A stretch of DNA of 64,000 nucleotides from a virus: positions 1-64,000 of the IMG/VR virus record IMGVR_UViG_3300023117_002343, one strand, 5' to 3'. The position numbers and the translations under genes were made by a program. Numbering within the stretch: position 1 is the stretch's first letter; the number at the start of each line of letters is the position of its first letter. This document shows, one piece after another, positions 37,221-46,652 of this stretch. The notes under the pieces are model-generated. The model was not told the DNA's origin. It made no database searches and worked only from the letters and a program-made list of their open reading frames with translations.

Positions 37221-38019
37221 ATTTTCCTCCTGCGGCCGTAAATTGATCAATCCATTTTGGCCACGCTTTTCCAATAATAGACTTACAGTTGCGTTTTGTG
37301 AATTCTTCTTTTAAAGAATCTGCCGCAAAATCGCTCTGTATACAAATTAGGTCTGATTCTTCCACGTCTTTCAGCGTAATAACCTGTCTGGCCACTTCAA
37401 ACTGCTGCCTTCGTTCGGGCTTGGCATCTAAAAATTCGTTGAGTGCTTCAGGTGATGCCGAAAGAACGTCGGCGCGCTTGGCTCCCACACCTGCTACCCC
37501 TGGCACATTATCAGCAGAGTCCCCTTTGAGAGACTTCCATGTGATATAGTCTGTGTGCCATGGTTCCAAGAATTTTTTCTTTTTTGGATGCCAGAGCCCA
37601 ACTCTGTCAGAAATAAGCTGAATAAAGTCGCTGTCGGTAGAAACAATAACGACTTGATCCTCTGCATGCACTTTTGTCGCCAGATAACCAATGACATCAT
37701 CACACTCGTATCTGGGATGTTTAATATAGACGAAACCGCTCAATTGCTTGATCGTCTCGAATATCTCGTCTTTTTCCCGATAAAAGTCTTCAGGCGGCTT
37801 ATTGGTGCGATTGGCCTTGTAGGAATCAAGCAATACAATGGATTGCACCGGTTTGCCTTCATCGACAATATAAACTAGGCCTGACTGGTGATTCTTGAGC
37901 TCTCCCATTAACATGCGAAAGAAATTGAAATAAATCTTGTGAGGCCCAGATCCAAAGCCGAACCTGGCTCGATGCATAAGATTATGAGAATCAATTAGCA
38001 GGACTTTTTTGCTTGTCAT
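37210..38019 (-). CDS. 5'-3' exonuclease / flap endonuclease (PolI N-terminal, T4 RNase H-like)
   Basis: LIDSHNL..R, YKANR, YECDDVIG, STDSDFIQL and LKGDSADNVPGVAGVGAK. Confidence 0.92.
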   Translation of the reverse strand: MTSKKVLLIDSHNLMHRARFGFGSGPHKIYFNFFRMLMGELKNHQSGLVYIVDEGKPVQSIVLLDSYKANRTNKPPEDFYREKDEIFETIKQLSGFVYIKHPRYECDDVIGYLATKVHAEDQVVIVSTDSDFIQLISDRVGLWHPKKKKFLEPWHTDYITWKSLKGDSADNVPGVAGVGAKRADVLSASPEALNEFLDAKPERRQQFEVARQVITLKDVEESDLICIQSDFAADSLKEEFTKRNCKSIIGKAWPKWIDQFTAAGGKYAV

Positions 38020-38438
38020 GATTGCAACTCGGGCGGCAAGTGTACGCGGGCTCTGGTACCATCATCCAAAATTATGGTGTCAGTTGTTGATGAAAAAGAA
38101 CCCGACAATATAGAATTTGTCGGCTGCGGAAATTCCTGAACATCAAATCGCTCTTGAGCTTTTGCTGCAGCTTTTTCCACCAGGCGATCTACCATTTCAG
38201 TGGCCAGTTGCAACAAGTGACTTCGGGCATCATCGATCCTTTCAAAGACGCCAGCCAGCATATTTTTTTGCTGCCATGACTCCAAAGAAAAAGTCTCGCC
38301 TTCAGCATTTTCACAAACGTGTTGGATTGTCACGCCGTCGATGGTCTCGTCGGTCTGCTTTCGTACCACCTTGCAGGGCTCGACCGTCTTCGACTTGCCC
38401 ACAATAACATAAAGCACCTGTCCAATTCTATACATCAA
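38016..38438 (-). CDS. Hypothetical protein
   Basis: YRIGQVLYV start; in-operon. Confidence 0.65.
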   Translation of the reverse strand: MMYRIGQVLYVIVGKSKTVEPCKVVRKQTDETIDGVTIQHVCENAEGETFSLESWQQKNMLAGVFERIDDARSHLLQLATEMVDRLVEKAAAKAQERFDVQEFPQPTNSILSGSFSSTTDTIILDDGTRARVHLPPELQS

Positions 38439-39094
38439 TTCACCGCTCCATATTCAAAGGTGTATTTGGTTGGAGTTGTTTGCCAGTATTTGATTGATTT
38501 TTCAATCTTAGCTTTTTTCTTCTGAGCATTTGACGAACATGCTGCGAGTCTTTTGTGCAGCTTGTCGAGTTCCATTTCGTTCTTGCTCAGCATTTTACCC
38601 CAGAGCACATTGCATTTTGCCGCGGCTTTATGTTTGATCATACGTGACTTGCCACGAGAACCTGATGCCGGTGGGGCAAAATCTTCCTTTGTAAGATCAG
38701 TATAGTGCAACACCACAAATTTTTCAAATTGTTCATCGGCTACAATATACAGATAATCTAAGCTGCCTTTATTGCAAAGGGTAGCCCAGTCAGTCTGAAA
38801 GGAAATTGCGCCAGACTGATGTGGACTGGTGATCTTGCATTCTAGCTCTTTTTGTAGCTGTTTAATTACAATGTCTGGCTCGCCTGTTTTGCCTGAATTA
38901 TCAACACCTTTAAAGTCTTGACTTAGCGCTCGAGCAAAAAATTCTTCTTGAGCAGAAGACATCAAGATGTTGCGTCGCCCCCTGTTCTCTTCCAGCTGTA
39001 AGCCAAAATTTTCGTGAAGATCACGCAGCTGATCGTAAAACTGCAGCATGCCCTTAAGAGCTTTTGACACGTGATCTTTTGTAATATAACTCAT
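38435..39094 (-). CDS. PD-(D/E)xK restriction-endonuclease-like protein
   Basis: Upstream helix Glu (AQEEFF), then GEPDIVI.....LECKIT and a later YLYIV strand. Confidence 0.7.
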   Translation of the reverse strand: MSYITKDHVSKALKGMLQFYDQLRDLHENFGLQLEENRGRRNILMSSAQEEFFARALSQDFKGVDNSGKTGEPDIVIKQLQKELECKITSPHQSGAISFQTDWATLCNKGSLDYLYIVADEQFEKFVVLHYTDLTKEDFAPPASGSRGKSRMIKHKAAAKCNVLWGKMLSKNEMELDKLHKRLAACSSNAQKKKAKIEKSIKYWQTTPTKYTFEYGAVN

Positions 39095-39125
39095 AATAAC
39101 CTCTTAATAAAGGTAGTACAAATGA

Positions 39126-39154
39126 ATTATAACAACGAATTGGGAGCTTTACAC
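39126..39154 (-). promoter_or_regulatory. GTGTAA-N17-TATAAT putative early/middle promoter
   Basis: Upstream of the PD-(D/E)xK nuclease - exonuclease - groEL - sigma gene run. Confidence 0.65.
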
Positions 39155-39499
39155 TTTTGTGACTGAATCTCTCACTCTTTGAGTGATTTTTTTGCCGGCT
39201 TCAACAGCTTTTGCCATTGGCTCGAGGCCCAATGCAGCACGGACTTGATCGTAGACAGGTCCGTCCAGTTTTTCTTTAAGGACTGCCATGTCGGCATACT
39301 GATGCAGATTCATTTCTATCACTGGCAGCTCTTCACCGTCTTGTCCCGGTTCAAATTCGCCCGTTTCACGCGACTCAAAAATGAATAGCATGCGTGGCAT
39401 CTCTTCATCTTCCGGAACTGTAATAAACGGAATATGACTTGACAGACCGTCGCCGTCAGCATCTTCATAAAAAATTTCAGGAACCCAACGTTGCTTCAT
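39149..39499 (-). CDS. Hypothetical acidic protein
   Basis: 116-aa ORF with an AAGGA SD. Confidence 0.65.
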   Translation of the reverse strand: MKQRWVPEIFYEDADGDGLSSHIPFITVPEDEEMPRMLFIFESRETGEFEPGQDGEELPVIEMNLHQYADMAVLKEKLDGPVYDQVRAALGLEPMAKAVEAGKKITQRVRDSVTKV

Positions 39500-39514
39500 G
39501 ATTTTCCTTTGCTA

Positions 39515-40837
39515 TCATTGCTTGCGAAGTTTCTTGAAATCATCATAAACGCCTGCATACTCTTCGTAAACTTCAATAAATTCGTCTGCTAATTCCCCAA
39601 GTCTTTGCTTGCCAGTAGGGCTTATAATATCTTGAACAACTGGATCGTTTTTAGATTTGGGTAAAGCTTTAACTGCATCTTGAACTATGGGATTAGCCTT
39701 TTCTAGACTTTCATTAAATTTTTCTTTGATTTGTTTTGTTGCCATTTCAAAAGCACTTTTAGCTGCCATAAAAGCTAATTCTTTGTCACTTATTGCATTT
39801 TGTTTATTGTTTTGGCGCGCTTTTTTGAATTCAGGGTCGTTTATAAGATCTTTGACTTTTTGTTCAGCTTGGTCTAAAAGATCGGTCATTTCTTTAATTT
39901 TTTCTGGCGGTATTTCTTTCTGTTGCGCCATTTTTTTAATGGCCGCTTGAAATTCACTAAAGCTTTTTGCATCGACTATTTGCTTAGTTGCAATACTTAA
40001 TTTCATAGGTTCTATAGTGTTTTTCATTAAATTTATGTCAGCGCTGATCAATTCTTTCGCCGCTGGAATCAATTGATCTTGCATAATGCCATAATATTCT
40101 AAAACTTCTTCGATCCATTTTTCAGCACTCATATTTGAAAATTTTGCTTGTTCAAGCAAAGCAACTTTACGTTGTTTATTTTCATTTTTTTCGTTGTCTT
40201 TTGAACCTAAAAATAATTTTGCTAATTTAGCATTGATTGTATTAAGTTGGGATAACTGATCATTAAGAGAACCTAGGCCCAAATTTTGCGCGTCGCGAAA
40301 CCTTCTTTCATCTTCTTCTTTATCACCAGTTCCCATAAAGCCACCAAAATCAGATGATTTACGCATAATTGATGCCCAGGGCTCGCCAAAAATAATTTCT
40401 GCTGCATTTTTGCCGGCTCTCAATGAAGCTTCAATTCCCTTAGTTGCCAAATAATTGCCGGGTGCTATAGCCAAACCAATCAGAGGGTCAAAAGAGCTTA
40501 TGGCATCAAGATTTTTTTGCACTAAAGGACGCCATTCGTTGTAAATGACATCATGTTTTTTCTTATAAGAATCATAAGCCTTTTGCATTTTCTCAATGCT
40601 TTTAGCATCAGATTTTCCAGAATACAAAAATTTTGCCACATTAAATTGTAGCTGATTCGACATGTCCATGAATGCTAGTTTAAAATTTTTTAATATGTCT
40701 TTAAAAGCATCTCCAACACTGGCAAAAAAATCTTCTCCGTCATATTCATTAAGCGCTTTGTTTTCTCTCAGGATTCTTTCGTATCTGGTCTTTGCCTCTA
40801 AATAACGAATTTTTTCTGCGACTTTTTTGGATACCAT
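39515..40837 (-). CDS. AT-rich helical protein, putative internal virion protein
   Basis: YERILRENKALNE leader; GAGG SD. Confidence 0.65.
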   Translation of the reverse strand: MVSKKVAEKIRYLEAKTRYERILRENKALNEYDGEDFFASVGDAFKDILKNFKLAFMDMSNQLQFNVAKFLYSGKSDAKSIEKMQKAYDSYKKKHDVIYNEWRPLVQKNLDAISSFDPLIGLAIAPGNYLATKGIEASLRAGKNAAEIIFGEPWASIMRKSSDFGGFMGTGDKEEDERRFRDAQNLGLGSLNDQLSQLNTINAKLAKLFLGSKDNEKNENKQRKVALLEQAKFSNMSAEKWIEEVLEYYGIMQDQLIPAAKELISADINLMKNTIEPMKLSIATKQIVDAKSFSEFQAAIKKMAQQKEIPPEKIKEMTDLLDQAEQKVKDLINDPEFKKARQNNKQNAISDKELAFMAAKSAFEMATKQIKEKFNESLEKANPIVQDAVKALPKSKNDPVVQDIISPTGKQRLGELADEFIEVYEEYAGVYDDFKKLRKQ

Positions 40838-40844
40838 GTCAACC

Positions 40845-41183
40845 TCACAAGATGCCGGACATCTGCATAGCTCTTATGGAAGACCGACCGGTTCTGCGCG
40901 TGATTCTCTGTCGCGTTTCGGTCAGTGCTTCCTTCTTTCTCAGTTCTTTTTCTACAGCGCGAATTTTGCGGCGCAGGACTCTCAGAACGCCGTTATAATA
41001 TATTCTCTCGTCTGATCTCGTACTGGATAGGTCTCGAGTACGCTTGGCGTCTTCCATTCTCGCATGTAAGTCGTCCAGACATGCCTGGCTGTGACAGTCC
41101 ACCAATCGGCCTCGCATGGTCAAGTGCTTGCCGTCGTTTTTGGCCTCTGACAGCAAAATGTCTAGGTGATGCACATCTTGCAT
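40845..41183 (-). CDS. Hypothetical protein
   Basis: ILLSEA leader; TAATG coupling. Confidence 0.6.
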   Translation of the reverse strand: MQDVHHLDILLSEAKNDGKHLTMRGRLVDCHSQACLDDLHARMEDAKRTRDLSSTRSDERIYYNGVLRVLRRKIRAVEKELRKKEALTETRQRITRRTGRSSIRAMQMSGIL

Positions 41184-41794
41184 TATGCACCTACGACAAT
41201 AACACCAGACGGCTTGGAGCTGTTGATTTTTGGCTCTTTTTTCTTTTTTGCGGCCGGCTTAGCTTCTTTTTCGGCCTGAGCTGGATCTAGAGCTGCAGAA
41301 CCGGACTTGACTCCGGCCATCACTTGAGCCAGACTGTTAAGATAGACCAGCACCTGTTGCCGTTCTTCTCTGCCAAGCTTATCGAGATAATCCTTGAGGT
41401 TCTTTCTGACTTCCGGATCCTTGACTGACTTTCCGCCGCGCAAAAGATTGATGTTGTTGGCTATGGCTTTAAAGTCAGGATTCTTGAGTTGCTTGGCCGT
41501 CGGATCCTTCATTTTTTTCGAAGTGGGAGTACCTGGCATCTCTTTGCTTTCTTCTTCGCCTGACTCTTTAGATGTCGTCTTTTTGGGTTTGGGAGCATCG
41601 CCTTTAAGTTTGGCTTCCTCTTCCTGATCCTCTTCGTCAGCTTCTTCAACTTCATCGGTTGACTTATTGTCTCCTGCGCGCAAATCGAGCTTGTCGACCA
41701 CGGCTGCCTGCTTTTTCTGCCTGGCTCTCTCGTCGCCCATTGTCTCATTGATTGCTGCTTCAATGATGCTGTCTAGCTGATCAAAAAGGTTCAT
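41183..41794 (-). CDS. Hypothetical acidic/basic protein, putative head assembly protein
   Basis: Start at ATG 41794 (MNLFDQLDSIIEAAINE); INLLRGGKSVKD motif. Confidence 0.65.
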   Translation of the reverse strand: MNLFDQLDSIIEAAINETMGDERARQKKQAAVVDKLDLRAGDNKSTDEVEEADEEDQEEEAKLKGDAPKPKKTTSKESGEEESKEMPGTPTSKKMKDPTAKQLKNPDFKAIANNINLLRGGKSVKDPEVRKNLKDYLDKLGREERQQVLVYLNSLAQVMAGVKSGSAALDPAQAEKEAKPAAKKKKEPKINSSKPSGVIVVGA

Positions 41795-41967
41795 TTTCCG
41801 TACCTGACCCTCTGCCTGGCATGTTCGCGATATTTTCGGTCCAGCTCCTGACGCTTTTGCCACATCTCATTGGCTTGATGTAGTTTCTGTAGCTGTTCTA
41901 GACGCAATCGGTCGCGATCTGCCAGATCGTCCATGAATTTATCAAAGTAGTTTTTTTGCTCTTCCAT
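41791..41967 (-). CDS. Hypothetical protein
   Basis: ATG at 41967, 5 nt after ATATTTA (41973-41979). Confidence 0.55.
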   Translation of the reverse strand: MEEQKNYFDKFMDDLADRDRLRLEQLQKLHQANEMWQKRQELDRKYREHARQRVRYGK

Positions 41968-41971
41968 GCAA

Positions 41972-42328
41972 CTAAATATCTCGAAAAACAACAGTTACCT
42001 GCCAGGCTCCGTCTTTTTTAATTGCACTGGTGCTTTTGCAGTTTTTTGCTGCGCCAAAAAGGGTCAGATAGGCGTCGGGAGGCAAAGGATTGGCAAAGTG
42101 ATGGAGATGCAACACAGGAACTTCTAAAGTGGCTGAGTAGTCGCTCCAGGCTGTTATGTCGTAGGCATATGTCGAATCGCCTAAGGAAAACTGAGCTTCG
42201 TCATTGGCGGTTAGGTCGACTTTGCGGGGCTTTTTTTCAGCGCAAGACTCGTCGAATCTCTCTTTTAATTGATCGCTGACAAAAAAGCTCTCGGCGTTGA
42301 GATCACTGTTGGGAGGTGACGTCGGCAT
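41972..42328 (-). CDS. Hypothetical protein
   Basis: In-operon ORF. Confidence 0.55.
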   Translation of the reverse strand: MPTSPPNSDLNAESFFVSDQLKERFDESCAEKKPRKVDLTANDEAQFSLGDSTYAYDITAWSDYSATLEVPVLHLHHFANPLPPDAYLTLFGAAKNCKSTSAIKKDGAWQVTVVFRDI

Positions 42329-42665
42329 AAATCTCGTCCACCTTTTGAGCCCATTCGACGTCCAAGTCCGTCACGCGCTCCATCACTTTGGTATTGATTC
42401 GAATGAGCACCTTTGAGCCGTCAACTAACAGTTTTCCGTGATGCTTCATTGCCTCTTGTAGTTGAATGACGTCTTCCAGAAAGTAAATGAGCTGCTGAGA
42501 GTTTTTGAAAGTGAAGAGCTTCTGCAGTTCCTCTTCCGGATCTTTAATGTGCTCCCAGGTCTGTTCGCTGGGGGTAATCGGCACTTGTCGACCCGGCGCC
42601 TCTCTCAGAATTCTTCGAGGGCGCTCAGAAAAATAGTCGCTCATGAGTTCTTTCAAAATGGTCAC
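42303..42665 (-). CDS. Pterin-4-alpha-carbinolamine dehydratase (PCD/PhhB)-like protein
   Basis: W.......LQK.FTF.......F...V....E...HH.......V.I...T.....VT.LD...A...D pattern; probable GTG start at 42665. Confidence 0.75.
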   Translation of the reverse strand: MTILKELMSDYFSERPRRILREAPGRQVPITPSEQTWEHIKDPEEELQKLFTFKNSQQLIYFLEDVIQLQEAMKHHGKLLVDGSKVLIRINTKVMERVTDLDVEWAQKVDEIYADVTSQQ

Positions 42666-42666
42666 T

Positions 42667-43827
42667 TCACACCTTTTCGGCCACGTAAGGATCCCCTGCA
42701 GCCTTTTTAACAATGCCTGCCAGTTTAGACTTTGACATCTTAGAATATCTTTGCAGCGCCGTCTCGATAAAGTCGTCTCCTGAAGTCGCCAGGTCTTTCA
42801 TGGCTTCAAAAGAAGAAGCAATTTTTCTCTTAGCCCTCTCGCCTTCTTCTGCCGTCATTTTGCCGCTAGCCACATCTGCATTAATTCTCCTATCAACCAG
42901 GCTTAATTTGCGAGGCATTTGGCCCATGAGCTGATTGGTGAGAGTAACTTTGGTTTCATCTGAGACGCCCAGATCGTTCATGAAAGCATCCAGCTCTTTA
43001 CGGCCACCTCTCTCCAATTCTTTGACTGCCGGCAAAACGATGGCATTGCCTAAAAAATATTTGAAAGAGGGCAGATTCATCACGTGATTTTTGTTAGCAC
43101 GTAGCATTGCCAGCTCGTCTTCTTCCAGAACATTGGCCTGATCCAGCACGTCGACGTATTCTCCCGCGGCAAATTCGATCAAAGCGTCTAGGTCACTTCG
43201 GCGCACGTCGCTCAGTCTCGCAATTCTGGCCAACATGCGATACAGGAAATTTTTAACGCCGGATGGCCCTGAAAAGCCGGTCTCTTTTGCGATATCTCCC
43301 AGGGTCATTTCGTCGGGAGTACTCGTCGGCATGGCTTTAAAATCGCTCGGCCCAAATTCTTCTTCGAAGTCTTTTTGCATTCTGGCGATTTCTTCGGGCG
43401 GCAACTGTTCTTCGTCCTCCATTGCCTCAACGATCATCTTTTTAATCTTTGCTCTCAGCTTGGATTCCATCACTTCTTCTCCTGCTCCAATACCTGCATC
43501 TTTCAGTAGTCCCTGATCAACCATCTTTTCAATCTTGTTTCTAACCAGTACGTAAAACTTATCGATTTCTTCGTCTGGTACATATGAGGCCAGAGTGGCC
43601 ATGGCTAACTCTAAAGCCTTTTTGCTATTAGGCCTGAAATCTGGATCGTCGACCGGGGGTCGATCCGCTGTCAACTGAGTCGCAACTTGCTCTCTGGGCA
43701 CAATAGGCTCAAAGTCAGGCAGTGGTTCATTGGTAATATCTGGGCCTGGTCGATCATAGATGCCGTATGCAACATCGATGTGGCCCCCAGCAGATGACTC
43801 TACGATTTTTTTCCGGGAGTTTGCCAT
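42667..43827 (-). CDS. Hypothetical protein, putative head-associated
   Basis: MESKLRAKIKKMIVEAME internal motif; possible HTH (TLGDIAKETGFSGPSGV). Confidence 0.65.
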   Translation of the reverse strand: MANSRKKIVESSAGGHIDVAYGIYDRPGPDITNEPLPDFEPIVPREQVATQLTADRPPVDDPDFRPNSKKALELAMATLASYVPDEEIDKFYVLVRNKIEKMVDQGLLKDAGIGAGEEVMESKLRAKIKKMIVEAMEDEEQLPPEEIARMQKDFEEEFGPSDFKAMPTSTPDEMTLGDIAKETGFSGPSGVKNFLYRMLARIARLSDVRRSDLDALIEFAAGEYVDVLDQANVLEEDELAMLRANKNHVMNLPSFKYFLGNAIVLPAVKELERGGRKELDAFMNDLGVSDETKVTLTNQLMGQMPRKLSLVDRRINADVASGKMTAEEGERAKRKIASSFEAMKDLATSGDDFIETALQRYSKMSKSKLAGIVKKAAGDPYVAEKV

Positions 43828-43832
43828 GCCTC

Positions 43833-43839
43833 TAAATAT
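43833..43839 (-). promoter_or_regulatory. ATATTTA putative late promoter
   Basis: 5 nt upstream of the ATG at 43827. Confidence 0.6.
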
Positions 43840-43842
43840 TGT

Positions 43843-44322
43843 TCAGTCGACAGTTTTGACAATGTGAGCTGCGCCAATTGCCAGGCCGATTCCCAATGCG
43901 ATTCCAAGCGGCACCAGAAAGCCGGCTTCTTCGTACCAGGGTTTTGGCATGTAGTTTTCTCTTAGAAAATCAATCTGTTCCCGATTGATGTCTGAAATCT
44001 TTTTATGCTTTTCTTCTAAGGCCTGCAGTTTGCCATTTGCGATGTCTAACTTTAGCTGCACTTTGCTGACAGCAATTTTAATTTCCGCCGCGGCTCGAGC
44101 TTCTGCTAGCTTCAGGGAGATCATGGTCTTTCGCTCGGCCTCGATTCGTGCTGCCAAGTCTTTACTAAACAAGATGCCTTCGAACGGAGCCCTGTCGCCT
44201 TTGGACAAGGGTGAGACAGCCTCAAAAACGGATCTGGACTTTTCAGGCTCAGCTGCCAGAGCTGCTTGATGCCATGTGGAAAACGTCAAGCAAAAAATGC
44301 ACAGCAGAGAAAACTTAGTCAT
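43843..44322 (-). CDS. Secreted coiled-coil protein with C-terminal membrane anchor (spanin-like)
   Basis: Signal peptide MTKFSLLCIFCLTF...AALA, then LSKGDRAPFEGILF, a coiled coil and a C-terminal TM segment. Confidence 0.55.
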   Translation of the reverse strand: MTKFSLLCIFCLTFSTWHQAALAAEPEKSRSVFEAVSPLSKGDRAPFEGILFSKDLAARIEAERKTMISLKLAEARAAAEIKIAVSKVQLKLDIANGKLQALEEKHKKISDINREQIDFLRENYMPKPWYEEAGFLVPLGIALGIGLAIGAAHIVKTVD

Positions 44323-44713
44323 TCTCGCTGTCCTGCTCAGGTAAGACAACGTTGACTCCCAGGGTACTACCGATTTTTTCGGCCAGGTCCTCATTGCTAG
44401 CATTTCGATTGTCTTCAGTTCGGTCCTGCACATCTTTCTTTGCCGCGGCAATCTCTTCGTCTTGTACTTTTTTGGCGTCATCGACTCGATCCTCGTGCTG
44501 CTGGTTTGCATTGGTTATAGCGTTAGAAACTTGGGTGTTGAAATCCTGCTCTGCCTGTTGCGTCTTGTCGGCGGCCTGCACTGTATTTTGCAATACAGCA
44601 TTTCTTTTTCGACGATCCAGTATACTCCAAACGAAGACACCGGCTGCAACTAAAAATCCGATTAGAAGCTGCCAGTATTTTTTGACGAATGCAGTAAATT
44701 TGACCCAAGCCAT
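44315..44713 (-). CDS. Membrane-anchored coiled-coil protein (i-spanin-like)
   Basis: N-terminal TM segment followed by a long polar helix; overlaps the next gene. Confidence 0.55.
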   Translation of the reverse strand: MAWVKFTAFVKKYWQLLIGFLVAAGVFVWSILDRRKRNAVLQNTVQAADKTQQAEQDFNTQVSNAITNANQQHEDRVDDAKKVQDEEIAAAKKDVQDRTEDNRNASNEDLAEKIGSTLGVNVVLPEQDSEND

Positions 44714-44715
44714 TA

Positions 44716-45081
44716 TCAGTCTCCAAATGGGTTGTCATGCCCAATAGCCTCGTAGAGATTTTCAGTGTATTTTTCTTCTAGCTGACTTATGAGCTTTTCT
44801 TTCTTTGCTTCGCAATAATCATCGATAATTTTTACCAGTGCTGGATGGCCTTCTGCATACAGACCGGCTAAATGCTCGAATATTTCCTGCATAGACAAAT
44901 CTTTGGACACAGCAGCTTTTTTAAAATCAATATGTGTCTTGGCAAATAGAGCTACGTGAACAGATTTTTTACGCTTAGCATTAAGCAGAGCCTTGACTCT
45001 AGCCTCCGCCTTCACCTCTTGCTCCGACCGCGATCGGCGCCGGGGGGAGCTCTTCTTCTTTGCCTTGTTTTGCGATGTCAT
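44716..45081 (-). CDS. Ribbon-helix-helix-like DNA-binding protein
   Basis: KSVHVALFAKTHIDFKKAA...DLSMQE pattern; start codon uncertain. Confidence 0.55.
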   Translation of the reverse strand: MTSQNKAKKKSSPRRRSRSEQEVKAEARVKALLNAKRKKSVHVALFAKTHIDFKKAAVSKDLSMQEIFEHLAGLYAEGHPALVKIIDDYCEAKKEKLISQLEEKYTENLYEAIGHDNPFGD

Positions 45082-45598
45082 AATCGTCTTCCAGGATGTC
45101 CAGTAAAACGCGCGCAGTGTCCTCACCATAATGATTATTGATAAAAGACTCAGCTTTGTTCAAAATTACTGACTCCCAATCGATTAAATTCTGATAGTTT
45201 TTGACCAGACGCGCAACGTTGCCGGCAAAAGAATTGAGATCGATGTCTTCAGCCGCGGCTTCAAAGAGCCTTCTGTACACCGTCTCTTCTAGTTCCTCAG
45301 GCCGATTAACGACTGCAGACTTTCTAGCTTCCTCTTCAAAGTCAACTAATAGAGCATTGAGTTCTTGATCAATAGAATCGCTAAGAGCGTACTCTTCTTC
45401 AGGAGTTACATCGACTTCTTCCTCTTCCTGCTCCTCTTCAGCTTCATCTTCGGCTTCGCCGGCTCCTTCAGCTTCTTCCTCTTCGCCCTCTTCTTCTCCA
45501 CCGGGTGCATCTTCTTCTGTTTCTTCTGCTTCTTCGTCCTGCTCAAAAAGCATTCGATAAGCCGTCTCTCTAAGAGTGAATCTTCTATTCTTTCTCAT
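44999..45598 (-). CDS. Highly acidic protein, putative scaffold/internal head protein
   Basis: LRETAYRMLFEQ leader followed by a poly-Glu tract. Confidence 0.65.
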   Translation of the reverse strand: MRKNRRFTLRETAYRMLFEQDEEAEETEEDAPGGEEEGEEEEAEGAGEAEDEAEEEQEEEEVDVTPEEEYALSDSIDQELNALLVDFEEEARKSAVVNRPEELEETVYRRLFEAAAEDIDLNSFAGNVARLVKNYQNLIDWESVILNKAESFINNHYGEDTARVLLDILEDDYDIAKQGKEEELPPAPIAVGARGEGGG

Positions 45599-46284
45599 TT
45601 CATCACCCGAGCAATTTTTTCGCACTTTTTAAATCTGTTTTCGATGACGTCCCAATTAAGTTCTCTCATCATGTTTTTGACGTAGCCTTCGAGGTTGGCA
45701 ACGTAATCTCGATAGTAACAACCTTCACTGACGTCTATCACAATAACGGGGATGGCCGAAAAGGGCACACCAGCATCAGCAGTATCAACCACTAGATTAA
45801 TGTAGCGCTGCAAGTAAATGCTGTAAGCCGTCACTGCATATCCATCCCGCGAGCTTTTGGCGCAGCCAATAAAGTCCTTTTGCCAATCGTCAAAGGTACC
45901 AAAGTCCCGTGCCAATCTCATATAACACAGCATGTCCATTGTAATAGAGCTGTTGAGATCGCTAATATTGTCCAGAAATTGACCCTGCAGAAAAGCGTCG
46001 TTGATTGCAAAGGACTCAGCAGTTTTGAGATTTCGAAACTTGCTGCTGACCTTATTGGCATTTTCGGGATCTGCACCTTCCAGTTCGGCGCTGATCTTGT
46101 TGAGTTGTTCGACTGTGTTCTCAAAGTGCTTGATTCTGGCCGACTTGACTTTAGGAGACAGCTTTTCAGTGCTGAGCGAAAACTTTTTAGGCTCGACCAC
46201 GTAAGCTTCATTGAGAGCTTGTCTCTTCGGAAGTACGTCGTCAATCGCCTTCAGTACATCATTTTTCAGGTTGGGTTTGCTCAT
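45595..46284 (-). CDS. Fe/Mn superoxide dismutase-fold protein with degenerate metal site
   Basis: RDFGTFDDWQKDF, PVIVIDVSEGCYYRDY (canonical DVWEHAYY) and YV......LNWDVIENRF. Confidence 0.8.
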   Translation of the reverse strand: MSKPNLKNDVLKAIDDVLPKRQALNEAYVVEPKKFSLSTEKLSPKVKSARIKHFENTVEQLNKISAELEGADPENANKVSSKFRNLKTAESFAINDAFLQGQFLDNISDLNSSITMDMLCYMRLARDFGTFDDWQKDFIGCAKSSRDGYAVTAYSIYLQRYINLVVDTADAGVPFSAIPVIVIDVSEGCYYRDYVANLEGYVKNMMRELNWDVIENRFKKCEKIARVMK

Positions 46285-46652
46285 TTGACTTCGTACTCCT
46301 TTTCAAATTCTTTGGCCGACACTGCCATCAGGTCTTCTTCGCTTTCCTCTTCTTCCGGCGCCGGAAAATAATAGAGTGACTCCAGGGAAGAAACAGGATC
46401 GACCTCATAAAGCACTTTAGACTTTCTCTTGTCGGCCAAGACTGCTTCCTCGCCGGCCGGCTCAAATCTGGGCTTTTCTGGCGCTGCTAACATGACCGTG
46501 ATTTCTCCATCGGGTTCCTGTAGCACTTGATCGACTGTATATTCAAACTGCGAACCTTTGTGGCGGACTTTGAGACCCGGAGAAATAATGATATTGCCGC
46601 GTTTGTCCTTAATGTCTGTTTCGTTCATTTTAAACCTGCGAGTAATTGCCAA
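46281..46652 (-). CDS. Hypothetical protein
   Basis: ISPGLKVRHK..FEYTVD and EFEKEYEV; likely start ATG at ~46627. Confidence 0.6.
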   Translation of the reverse strand: MAITRRFKMNETDIKDKRGNIIISPGLKVRHKGSQFEYTVDQVLQEPDGEITVMLAAPEKPRFEPAGEEAVLADKRKSKVLYEVDPVSSLESLYYFPAPEEEESEEDLMAVSAKEFEKEYEVK

